Positions 1 to 12,300 of a stretch of DNA of 64,000 nucleotides are shown one piece after another. Position 1 is the first letter of the stretch. The number at the start of each line of letters is the position of its first letter. Position numbers and translations under genes: made by a program. The notes below the pieces were generated by a model. That model ran no database searches and had not been told where the DNA came from. It saw only the letters and a program-made list of their open reading frames with translations. The stretch is from Azolla caroliniana (Eukaryota > Plantae > Polypodiophyta): NCBI GenBank assembly GCA_043228905.1, contig JBHGNT010000014.1, forward strand, positions 15,996,001 to 16,060,000, given 5' to 3'.

Positions 1-315
1 CAAGGAGATAATCTGGATGAAGGAGTTAATCGGAGAGTTGGGGATTCGGCAAGAAGAATTCCCACTCTACTGCGACAACCAAAGCGCCATCCACCTTGTG
101 AAGAATGTCGCCTACCACTCGAGGACCAAGCACATCCAGAGGAGATACCATTGGCTCCAGGAGAGGGTAGAAGAAAAGGAGTTTGCTCTGATGAAGATCC
201 ACACAACGAAGAACGGATCGGACATGCTGACGACGGTGTTGTCGGCAGAAAAGCTGAACGCATATCGAAGTTGGGTCGTATTGACGAACCATCCCATCCC
301 AAAGTAAAGGGGGAG
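1..315 (+). mobile_element. Ty1/Copia retrotransposon 3' end (RNase H C-terminus + polypurine tract), inside intron 2 of the hydrolase gene
   Basis: ORF 17-307 has the Copia RNase H motif YCDNQSAIHL..N..YHSRTKHI.RRYHW and NGSDMLT. The stop is followed by PPT AAAGGGGGAG. The 3' LTR should start near 316, but its end is not resolved. Confidence 0.85.
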
Positions 316-1149
316 TGACTAAAATTTCATGACGAGTAAAAACTTGAGAATTATGGTTGGACATGTATGTGCTAAGCTTAATGATTTCACAAGAGCTTGA
401 CAGTTAGCTATCTATTTTTACTGCAAGAGTTCTTATCAACTGTGATTTTATATAAGGTAGATTGACAAACAACAATCGCCATCCTATGAATAATTATGCC
501 TCTCCAAGTCAACGCATAAAGTCTGCATCATCTTTTGTTCGGGGAAAAAAATGCAAAAAGACCATGTATCCTGAAGTGGTTGTTAGTGTGCAGTGAGGAA
601 TCCTTAATTTTTGAGAGCAACGTACTAACCTAGAGTGAGAATGAGCAGGCATGCAACTATCTTTGCCAAAAGGAGGAAATCAATGACCCGAGCAATGAGC
701 ATATCAACTTGGACTTCTATGAACCTCACATCCTTTGTGTGTAAGTATGATGTTTGACTGGTGAAGAGGTTTCACGGATGAAATGGTGTAAATGGAGGTG
801 AATCACGATGTTAGATGACAAGGCAGCATGTGACCATGATAGTGAGGTGCATCATATGTGCCTAATTTCTCAGGGCATTTGAAGATCAGATATCTAAGAT
901 CAAGAAAATAGCTCCGTCAAAATTCCACCGCATAGTAAACCGGCAATTTCGACAAGCTGCATTCCCAAAGTATGTGATCTTCATGCTCCCTGAACATAGC
1001 TTACTTGAATCTACTATTTAACACAATGTCATGTACAAGAAACATGCACATCATAATGTCAACTTCAAAAATTCCAATCAGTTATAATAATGCAAATGAT
1101 GGCATATATCAGGAGTCTCCCTCATGGCCATATATGGGTGTCGCCAGCA

Positions 1150-1616
1150 CTCAAAGAATAATCACAGCTTTCTTTAGCTTCATCACTCCTCATACTATAA
1201 GCCAATAGAGGGCTACACAAATGAGCTCACAACCAGGACATTGCAAAGGAGTTACAATAGATCGGGCAATAACAATTTGTCGTGCACATAGGCCCTAGCC
1301 TAATCTCACCATCCTTGTCATCGACAAAATTGCAGAGCTTCCCTCATTTCCTCGACCCCTCCAATCTGGATTGACCTATGCTAGAGATCTTTCACAGACA
1401 AAAAGTACAATAAATCTGACTAGAGAATCTTACATGTATAAATGAAGAGATTCTTTTGTCATGTCATAGTTCTATTTCTATTTACTTTTTTACTTGGTTA
1501 TATTTATTTTGGTTTGCGATTTTTCAAAGATGAGATAATGTTTTAAGATGTAATCTCTTGTTTGGTCTTATAGCCATTTTGGCCTCTTAAAAGAAGTTAA
1601 TATATCTTTCTTTCTT
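1150..1616 (+). mobile_element. 5'-truncated LINE 3' end (same family as 14311-16104)
   Basis: Aligns by eye to ~15595-16095 (e.g. GATCGGGCAAT..CAATTTG.CGTGCACAT, GGATTGACCTATGCTAGAGATCTTTCA, GGCCTCTTAAAAGA) and ends in a short (CTTT)n tail. Confidence 0.85.
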
Positions 1617-1688
1617 GAAGGTTAAAAAATCTAAAAATAGAGATGCTTCCTGAGGAAAACGCTAGACAGATTTTATAACAAATATTAC

Positions 1689-2984
1689 CGTTGATAATCA
1701 AATGTTGGTGGTCGCCCAAAGAAGTGAAGAAAGGCTGTTTGCACATGGGGAGAACAAAGCCATGGGGTTGGCCAATACCTGCATTTAAAAGATATCCCCA
1801 AATCATTTAAAGTTGTTTTCAATTCAAAGACTTATTCTTTCTAAAGGTACATCAGAGGTCCACAGAATCAGAGTTAACGTGAAGATCTATTCTCCAGAAA
1901 GTGATAATCTGCAGAGAAGATTTAACCCAACAATTGCTGAATTTGTGTTTAGCGTCCATGATAACCAAATCCATTAAGAGGCTATTCTACTATATGCGTA
2001 TAATCCACATTGCAAAGCATAATCGCATTATTATTGACTTGCATTGTCCTTCATAGGAGGATGCCTGCCTACTATGATGTGCTGTGCCCCATAAAAAAGT
2101 ACAAAAGTGAAGCATCCATCAAATCATTTCTGTAGTATTATAGATACATTAAATTTTGATTGTATCATAATTCAATGAAATTTCTTAACTATTTATGCAT
2201 CATCTTGATGGAAATTAAGATTACAGAGAATTTTGGCAGTTATCTATGGCTACATTAATCAACACAAACAAATAAATAAACATGAGGTGGAGGACAATGA
2301 ACAATGTAAAAATCAAAGGGAGATGATGCACCTTTGCTGATTGGCAATGGTCTAGGATGAACAATAAAAGCGTCATCATCCTCCATGGAATATATCTACA
2401 GCATAATTTCCACGTATCTTCCATAGAATAAATCAAATGCTTGCTAATTGGATTGTGGTCAAACTAAATGTTTCCACCTTGCACTCATATCAGTGCAAGG
2501 GGAAATTTTAACAATTCAAATAAGCTTGATACTACATTTAACAAGTTGGATGCAATTTGTATCATCCCTAAGATAGACTCAAATCACGGGCTTGTTTTAT
2601 ATTGAATAATATCGTCTCCATGTCATGGATTGATCTCATCCAGCAAGGAATTTATAGTGCTAGGAATATGCTTTTCATTATGCATAATATCACATACCAA
2701 AAACTATACAATCATCACTACAAGAGCAGCCGATCGGAGAAACAAGTGGATTACCTCTTTTTGAGTATTTTGCATCGAGGAAGAACTTCATGGGCTAAAG
2801 AGGATGCACGGTTGTAGAGAAGCTGTACAGGATGGCCTCTGAAAGCATTAAAAAGGTCCTCAAGGAAGTAGAACTCCAGAGAGGAGTAGAGAAAGCAGAT
2901 GAGAAATACACAGGAAAGGGCAAAGTATTCCCAGGCAGGGACTTGCAAGGCAGCCTGGAGCAAGGCCATCAATCCGGATGCCAT
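1689..2984 (-). CDS. Alpha/beta-hydrolase, EMB8/ABHD1-3-like family; exons 1-2 only, gene continues left of the window
   Basis: Exon 1 is 2984-2755 (MASGL...FLYSSLEFYFLEDLFNAFRGHPVQLLYN...CKILKK). Exon 2 is 1778-1689 (RYWPTPWLCSPHVQTAFLHFFGRPPTFDYQR). GT-AG junctions have compatible phase 2. The Y.PTPWL.SPH.QT motif is typical of this plant family. Confidence 0.85.
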
Positions 2985-4693
2985 TGGGGCGTGTGTCTGT
3001 GTGTGAGTATTGGGTTTAGCTACTGCTTACCCCTGTCTCGTCTGTGGACAGAGAGAGAAGGAGCTGCTTTCTTTCTCATTTCTTTTTCCTTCTCTTTTCC
3101 TTTTTGTTGGTCTTATGAGTTTTATTAGAAGTGTCTTCTGAAGTGTGTTGTGTTGTATTGTGGGCCAAGAAGAAGAAGATAAATTATAATGATCGATTTA
3201 TGATGAAGATGAAGATGATCATTGATGAATAAGAAAACACCTCTTCTTGGACTACATGTTCCGTGTTCGACCCCAGATTTGGCCCGTATTCAATACAAAC
3301 CCCCAATTTATCTCTCGCGTGTAAGTACTACGTTTCTGTTATTCGATTGTCTGCCAAACAATGAGGAGATCAAGTGGGTTTTGTATATGTTGTCGGCTTT
3401 CACAGTGGGCGATAGATGAGGTGTGGTAGCAGTTTAGAGTTGTGTTTTGTGTAAGATGGAAAAAAAGGTTAACGTGATTGGATTTGTCGACAAGGAGGAC
3501 AGGAGATCAACAAAATATGTTCTACATATATATAAGTTCGGTTTCATCAATAGTGATAGATGAGGATGATTGAAGTTTAGTGCTGCGGTTGTGCAAATAC
3601 CGAAGCGTGGCCATTAACGTTATGTGATTTGAGTTAGTCAAAACCAAAGGTGGGTGAATTGGGTTTTGTGTATATGTCCAACTTTGGCAACATTATACAT
3701 ATATGAGGGTAACTTGTGTTTATTATTACCCCTTGTGCAAATGAAAAAAAATACTACCTTCTCCAAACACATAATACACACTAGCCCTACATCTTCTCGA
3801 CTATTGTTTGATCTTGTTGGCTATTTTGGCCAATTACAAGATGCTATTATCCCTCTTTCTTTTCTAATATTTCCTCAAAGATGTTGCTTTTTCTCATCTC
3901 TCTCTCTCTCTCTCTCTCTCTCATTCTTAATGGCCAATATTGCCCCTTGAAAGGCACTAATATCTCTTCATTTCCTTTTCCTTGTAGTGATGTTCCTTTT
4001 CCTCACTCTCATGGGGAGTCATATGCCATTCTTGCCTCATAAATGAAATCTTTTATTTCTATGGCGTGTGATGTGAAAAGCACATGTTTGTTATAGTCTA
4101 TAGATTACATCCACATCCTTTCATTCAAGTCTACCTTTTCATCTTCTCTCGGTTGAAATTTTTAAGTAGTTCATTTTAGGATGAATAGCTTCGCACCACA
4201 TAGAAATGGGAAAGCAACGCAACTACAAAATTTTTTGATAATAATTTATACCCCCAAATGGGATTTAGTTTGTGCCTCTAAATATAATGGCAAGAGGGTT
4301 TGGCCCCGAGATTTTTAATTGGTACAACGTTAAGCAAAAATTTACTAATCTTATTTCCGAATTTCATAGTTTGAGAGAGAGAATCTAATGACCATGGTAG
4401 ATTAATTGTAGAAAATTTGGGCATTTGATAGTCAAAATGCTGACCAATAACATTTATCATAAGACTATTGAACATGGAACTTGGTTAATGATAAAGGTAT
4501 GTTTAAATGTCACATTATTTGAGGTATAGGATGTGTTTTCAAATGTTGAACATAGGATGGTAATCTCAACTTTAATTCAAAATTTTCTTCTTTAGCAATG
4601 GTGGACAAGTCATGTTTCAGCGGTGGCTGAAAATGTTGTAAAAAATTTGAGACTTGTAGAGTCAAAGTGTTATGAAAGTGTTGTGTGTGTGTG

Positions 4694-5419
4694 TGTGAGC
4701 AAGGGAAGGAATCAGCAAAAAACCCAACTTATGCACACAAGAGAAAGACCATACTGATCAACTAAAAATAATCAAGAGCGCGTAAAGGGTGAAGTGGGCT
4801 TTATATACGAGTCCTCAAGGAACTACCACATTAAATGTGGTTGGTGGAGTCTAGTCATAGACATTCACTCGAGTACGATTCTATCATAAGAATATCCAAT
4901 CTTCTTTGACAACTAAATAGAAAGTGACAAGCTAGTTCCTCATGTAACTAGATGTTCTCACACACCACGTTTTCTCCATAAGCACAAGTTCATACAAGTT
5001 GAGCTTCATTCTCAACAATGTCAACACATGAAACCGTTGTACATGTGTGAGCAAGAGAAGAATCAAAGAAAAAACCTAAATATAAAATATATACCCAGGA
5101 GGGGAATGACAACTTATGCACAAAAGAGAAAATCAAATTGATTAACTAAAAATATTCAAGAGAACACACCATGGGCGAAGAGGGCTTTATATCAAGTCTC
5201 TCAAGGAACTACCACATTAAATGTGGTTGGTGGAGTCTAGTCATATACATCCACTCGTGTATGATCCTATCATAAGAATATCCAATATTTGTTGACAACT
5301 AACTAGAAGTCACAAATCTAGTTCCTCATGTAACTAGATAGTTCATACAAATTACAATAATACGTTTTTATACATCACACTTTTCTTCATAAGCACATGT
5401 TCATACAAGTTGAGCTTCA
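4694..5419. repeat. Two diverged tandem copies of an LTR-like unit plus flank
   Basis: Copy 1 (4694-4962) is bounded by TGTGAG...CTCACA. Copy 2 starts at 5046. They share the core CTCAAGGAACTACCACATTAAATGTGGTTGGTGGAGTCTAGTCATA and the downstream TTCATACAAGTTGAGCTTCA. Confidence 0.6.
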
Positions 5420-6373
5420 AATTTCAAATAGGATGTGCCTTTTCTAGAAAGTTATTGAGCGAGATACCAAGAACAAGCATCTTAGATGCCAACTTACTAA
5501 AGCCAATTGGGTTGTTATAGTGCAGTTGTGGGTGTTGTTAACTTGGAAATTTACCAAGCAATTGATTCAATGACTTCGCCATCACTTCAATCGCCTAAAT
5601 TTGAATGGTAACGTTAAAGCATTTGAGCATGTAAAGCTTTGAAGCTTCTCTTTTCACTAAGATTTCAACCAATAACTATTTCATTGCCGATGACCTAAAT
5701 AAACATAACACCTCATATATTCTTGTAATCAGAGATAGGTTTGTCTTCTTTAATTGCTGCTGAGCACAATCTGCTTGTTAAGTAGCCCTCATCTGAATTA
5801 AGCCAAGTAAAAAAACATCTTACAGATAAATTCCTAAGCATTCCATGTCATGAAACGAATATTATACATAGCGGTATTTTGTAATGCCAACAATTGATCC
5901 AAATCGTCCGATTTGAAATATTCAATTAGCAATCTCAATTATACTAAAGATCAATATTCAAATCACAACACATGTATGCCTGCATTTCCAATAACAATTG
6001 CTCAAAGTCATTCTGCACCAAACACAAGTTTGCCAAATCAATATGAGTTAACCCTTGTAGCAAACATTAGCAGATATTTACTTCATAAGCGTAGATAATG
6101 CCAACACATGCTTACGTCATAGGCCTAGATAATGAAAGGCACATAGAGGTTCTCATTTTCATGTGAAATTTATATCCAAAACTGTTGTGTTTTGATTTCC
6201 ATTGATTTATAAAAACCATCACAAATAAATCTGACAAACCAGTTCCCAACTTCTGTCCAAACAACATCAAATGATTTTCATGTGTTGCCAAGGCCACTCA
6301 TAGAATATCTTGAGCTTTCAAAGCCAGGTGGATTTTCCAACAAAACCTTCATAGACCACTTTACCGAAAATAT

Positions 6374-9300
6374 TTAGGCAGACTTCTTGGAAGTTGGATT
6401 TGATTTTATGATAGGAGAATCAGAAGGTCCCCACCAGAGGCCCCCCAGAAGAATCAAGTGAGATGTCAAAAGCACAAACGATGAAATGCTATTTGATGGA
6501 TATATGTTCCAGCATACCTCAATACATCCAAATATGATTATCCTGCATCAAAAGCAAGCAATTTGATTAGTGTTTTCTGTCTATATAAAAAACAATATTG
6601 CTACATAAAGTTCATTGATACTTGGAATCTGCTGGCCACAGTACAACTAACACTATGCGTTGTATCCAATTTGATACTAGAATAGAAAACCCTAAATAGG
6701 AGTAGAGTGTTCCTGCAGTACTAAAACCCACTTCTACTGCCATCATGTAGAGTCACATTGAAATACGAGCAAAACGTCTGACACCCCTGAAACTTTTCCC
6801 ACTAATTTCCAACCCTCACAGTAGATGAGTGCAAGGTACTAAGCTCCAACTCTTTGAAATTGTCACACTGCTGTTGAGATCCTTTGTATCAGGTTTTAAT
6901 GTAATCCAATGAAGGGAAATTCTCACCAAATAAAGAAGTTTAATCCTGAAAATTCTGAAAATATAAACAGTGATACTGATAAGTATGAAGTGGCTCTATT
7001 AACTGTGTTGCGTTTAAGCTCAACGAACGTCGACATCATTTCAACAGCAGCTTTTCTGCACCTCATGCTTGCATCCCACACGTTCTCAGTGAATGGAGTA
7101 TCTTCCATTCAAATGAGCAAACGCCACATTCTACTAAAGAAATCGATTCTATCCATAGAAACAATGGAGTAATAAAATGGATTTCAGGTCAACATGTTCC
7201 AAAGGGTATTCAAGAATCTTTTCAGGTCAGGGAACACGATAATATACTTTGTGGAATTTAGGCCTGGGTAGTAGAAGTTTCTGACAGTATAAAGCAATAA
7301 TAATCCATGACATATCTCACCTTAAATATGTTGGAAGACATGATCTCCAAAGAAGGTAAGGCAACGAATAAAAATACCTGAAAAATTTTCAATTCATGTT
7401 AAAAGCCAATATACTAGGTGACAAGTTATCCACCTATTTTTTATATGTTTTGTTACCATGAGTAGAATTGATAATGGAGGGAACGTGCACATAATATGCC
7501 TATGAAATTTCCAGTAAAAAGAACAGTGGTTATATCTGAAAATCAACAAAAACATCCATGAGGAATAAGCATGCAGTGTAAGTCACTAAATATTCTGATA
7601 TTCCATCACATGAAAGTAGCCTTACATGTTGGATCTAGAAGCTTTTCAGTCTTATTAATTCTTGGCGAACCATTGCCTAATAATTGCTTCAGTCTGGCCA
7701 TTAAGTTCAAAGCTGGAAACAACCCTCCTTTTTGTCTGAAGAGCAAGAAAAGAGTTTAGAACTCTGATATTTTAGTATTTTAATTTGTTTACGTTCAGAA
7801 TTGTCCATAACTAGGTTTGGGTAAACTATAAAATAAAAGAGGAAAGAGCCAATAAAGAAAAAAAATGGCTAGTTCATAAATGAAAAGAGGAAAGAGTTTA
7901 GAACTAGGATATTTTAGTATTTTAATTTCTTTACGTTCAGAATTGTCCATAACTAAGGTTTGGGTAAACTATAAAATAAAAGAGGAAAGAGCCATCTATA
8001 TATTTACAAGCTGTGCAGAAGTAACAGATAAATAAATAATCATGTTAAGAGGTGCATACACAGTGAAGCATCATAGAAATAATCATTATACATATGCCTC
8101 GAGGAACCTACACATTCTATGATACTAGTGTGTGCTCATGAGTTGTCCGCGATAGTTGCTAGCATTATTAGAGTGAAACAAGGATCCCCACTTTCACCCA
8201 CTCTCTATGGATCTAATGCTATGAGATAATGAAATAGAGAGATTGGGTAGCTTAGCATCATGCCTAGCGTAGATAGCCATCCTGGTATTAATATATGACA
8301 ATGATATTGTGCTGAATTCTGACTCTCTGGAGAAACTACAAAGACATCTAGATGCTTTAAGTCATTTTGTCGGGGTAAAGATTATTCAGTAAATCTTTCA
8401 TAAAACCAAAGTGATAAACCCTGTGCTTGGAATTTTCATAGATATGCAGCTTTGTAACCTCTGAAAGACAGTTGAAGACATCCTGGTATTAATATATGAC
8501 AATGATATTGTGCTGAATTCTGACTCTCTGGAGAAACTACAAAGACATCTAGATGCTTTAAGTCATTTTGTCGGGGTAAAGATTATTCAGTAAATCTTTC
8601 ATAAAACCAAAGTGATAAACCCTGTGCTTGGAATTTTCATAGATATGCAGCTTTGTAACCTCTGAAAGACAGTTGAAGACATCCTGGTATTAATATATGA
8701 CAATGATATTGTGCTGAATTCTGACTCTCTGGAGAAACTACAAAGACATCTAGATGCTTTAAGTCATTTTGTCGGGGTAAAGATTATTCAGTAAATCTTT
8801 CATAAAACCAAAGTGATAAACCCTGTGCTTGGAATTTTCATAGATATGCAGCTTTGTAACCTCTGAAAGACAGTTGAAAACATAATTATTACTGGAAGAG
8901 GAAAAATTGTCATACATGCAATCCTAAGATACTGAGAAGCAACTTTCACAATACTTAGATTCCCCCTACAGGGGAGTCTTCCTGTGCTCAGCTTTCTCAT
9001 CGATAAGCAACCTTGGAACCTTCGAAAAACAGTTCGAAGAACTCTCATAAGATTGCCTGTGATAGTTTGAAGAACTATAGATAAATTTGTGGTGGTTCAA
9101 TACAGACATCACACTTTACTCTTCCATACAGCATGGGAACTTGGGGAACAATCCTTCATAGAGCACATAGCTAGAGAGATGTGGAGATGGCTTTAGTCTC
9201 GATGAGTGCCTGTATAATAATGCACAAAACATCAGTCTCCCATTACCTAGTCCTGGAAAGGATGAGAGAAGACCTAATGTGAACCACATGCCACTTAGGT

Positions 9301-12300
9301 AAATAGAGTGTTGTAGCTGTTTCCAGAGTGACTCCTTAGAGCCTGTTCTATTGTCTGTTGTGCTTTAGGGGAGGAGCTCTGTGGAGCTCTGGCAATGATA
9401 AGTTAGTGATGGTCCTCTATCTGGCTAGTTTGACTTGTCTCCTGTCCCCTGGAGGCTGTATTCCATTGCTTCTCAAGAGTTTCTCCCCGTAACTTCGAAG
9501 CCCAAGCAAGTAGAATTCCAGGCATATCTGGTCCTCCGCATCTGCAACTTTTTGTAAGAGTCCAGGGCCTTCTCACAGAATATAGAATGCTGACATACAA
9601 GTTCTCCTTTGTTTCCAACCATAGGGAGCATAGCTGGCAGAGGTACTCACTTGTTTCAGGCATTTATTCACAGTTAGAGGGCCGATGTGTGGATCTGTAC
9701 AATTATACTACATATGCTATGTGAGATACTGGAATCAATGTAGTTGGGAAGGTTGACAAACCCACTGAAGATATGTATAGGAATTTATTCGTGTGATATT
9801 TCATCCTTGTACCCAAGTATCGAACTTCCATTTGTGTGACATGCCCACCTCAAAACTCATGCTCTTTTTCCCCATTAAAGCAGAATTTAAAAGTGAAATG
9901 TTGATTGCTTCAAAGTCGTCATGCAGAACACACTGAAAGTAAGTTATCTACAATACAGAGATTAGCTCTCATTGTGAGGTTTCTCATAGTGATTTTTATC
10001 CATCATGTATCAACTACACATTACTCAGCTCTAGCGTTCTTGTTACTATTTTCTTGATCCTTTTTATTGACATTGGTATCATGCTTTTGGTGATGCTTGT
10101 AAGTCTGGCCACTAACTTTGTTGCAGAGTCCTGATTACTTCAAATTCATACAGAACACTGAAATTTATCTACAATACAGTGATCAGATTCCCATTGTGAG
10201 GCCTCTCATAGTGATTTTTATCCATCACCCTGTACCAACTACAACTTTCTTTAGCCTTTTTACTGAAAATGGTATCATATATTTGACGATGCTTGCAAGT
10301 TTAGCCTCATCGTTCATTTTTCCCTTATGCTTAAGTTAATTAGCATTACAATTCAGTTTATTTCTTTTCTTACCCCAATTTCCACTAGGACCAGTAGCGA
10401 AGCTATGGGGAACCATTTCAACCAGGTGTAAAATTTCTCTACAGAAATCACAGTAATTTATTTAAAGTTCATAAAGCTACACAGAAATTGAAGAAATCAT
10501 AGAAAGATTCACGAAGCTCAAATGCACATTTTCTTTTCTTTCTATTTTGGTTCTGCTCACTTTGGAGCCAAAACAAATGTGACTTCTTTAATCTTCATCA
10601 TAGCATAGTTAGACCTAAAGCTGCATGATTAGATTTTTTATTCAAGATTTCACACAAGACATTTCAATCAACAGCCACTGCAGATGACACAACATAATGT
10701 TTAACAGGAAATTGAGTGTGTTTCCTTTAGTTCATCTGTCAAGAAAGTCAAGACTTAAATGCAAATAAAAAATATGCAAATCATTTTATAAAAAATGGCA
10801 AATTAATGAACGAATACCCACTTGGTCCACTTGAATTGTGCAAAGAGGAAAAGCAAAGTCAAATGGATGAACAATAATGTCAAAGCAAACTTTTTTGAAA
10901 CGAATAACTCCTCCGGAATAAATTTAAAATTCACTGACCTGCAAGACAAGAAGGCCTCCATTAGAATTTGACCTTCATTTTTTAGTCAAAACACGTCATA
11001 ACTTTAAAGATCATATTAAAGTTTCTAGACAAGGACAGCAAGAAAGACATTTCAAAGTCCCTGCAATTCAGAATTTCTGGAAACTCTGAATTTCAAAACA
11101 AAACCAGATTTTCTAAGTTGCTATATTGAGAGAGAAACAGGTGATTGTCAAACTGAAAAGTAGATAATAGAGAGCAATTGATATAATCAATGGTAAACAT
11201 AGAATATCAAATGTGACCATAAGAAGTCATATCAAGTACATTTGATGAAAACTTCATTATATGCCAAATTATTGACCATGAGGAAATGGACACAATCTAG
11301 AACCCTTTGGAATAAATAACGTCTAAAACATATCCAATAAAGTACAGTTGGAGAAAGTCGCTCTATACAAGCACACAATCAAGTTTACAAGCAGATTCAC
11401 GATGAACAAGCACCCTCAGGATAAAGCTTCATATCACATTATAGACTGATATTTCCATGCAAACCAAACTTACGCTTCTCAAGATGTGCTTATGTACACT
11501 TAAGTGCAACAAATGCAATTCAAACATGCAGAAAGTTTTCATGACACCAACCTGGAGCATTGCTTCTGTATGACGTACCTTCACATTTTAGATCTCCTCG
11601 ATGTTCCAACAGAACTCATCTGAAGCCCATATCATGGGTGGATTAAACAAAAAGCAAATTGATACTTCAACAAAAATTTTAAAAATTGACATTTTCCGAA
11701 TAGTGATGACTCATAGCTGGCTCTATCATGTGTTGTGATTTTTTAGATCAATAACAATTGGACTTGTTTTCTATCTTTGTTACAAATAAAATTCTTCTGA
11801 GGAGCAGTGATCTTCAGAGTCTTGAGGAAGTATGTTGATCAAAGCCATAAAGAATAGTTGGTGTCTACCACTGACCTCTGTGTAGACCAAACTATTTAAT
11901 AGCAATACGTCACTTGTTCTAGGCAACTCCAACAATGCTTTGTATGACACTAGCATCCATGAAAATAATTGACGCTCTAAATATTCCATTAAAAATTTTG
12001 TTACAATACTAAATTACTGATATATTGATTTCTCTTCTGAGTTGTCATGCTTCACTCTGGTTTGCTTCAAATAATTCATTTTCAGACATTGAACTTCCCG
12101 TGAAAGTGTGGCCAATGAATTTTAGATAGAATTAGGCTAAATTACATTTTCCAGCTTTACTCCGTCCCTCAAAGCACGTCATGTACTTGTCAAATTGTTG
12201 ATGGTCTCCTCTTCCATACATTCGAAGATAATATAAATCACAAAGCCAGGTTATGTTTTCTAGAACATCATGTTGATTTCATGTTCTCAGAGTTCAGTAG

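Noticed and set aside
11500-12230. Coding-like stretches in ALG3 introns (also 16400-16720 and 6900-7290)
   Set aside because: Stops in the frames examined and no recognisable family; ALG3 is complete without them.
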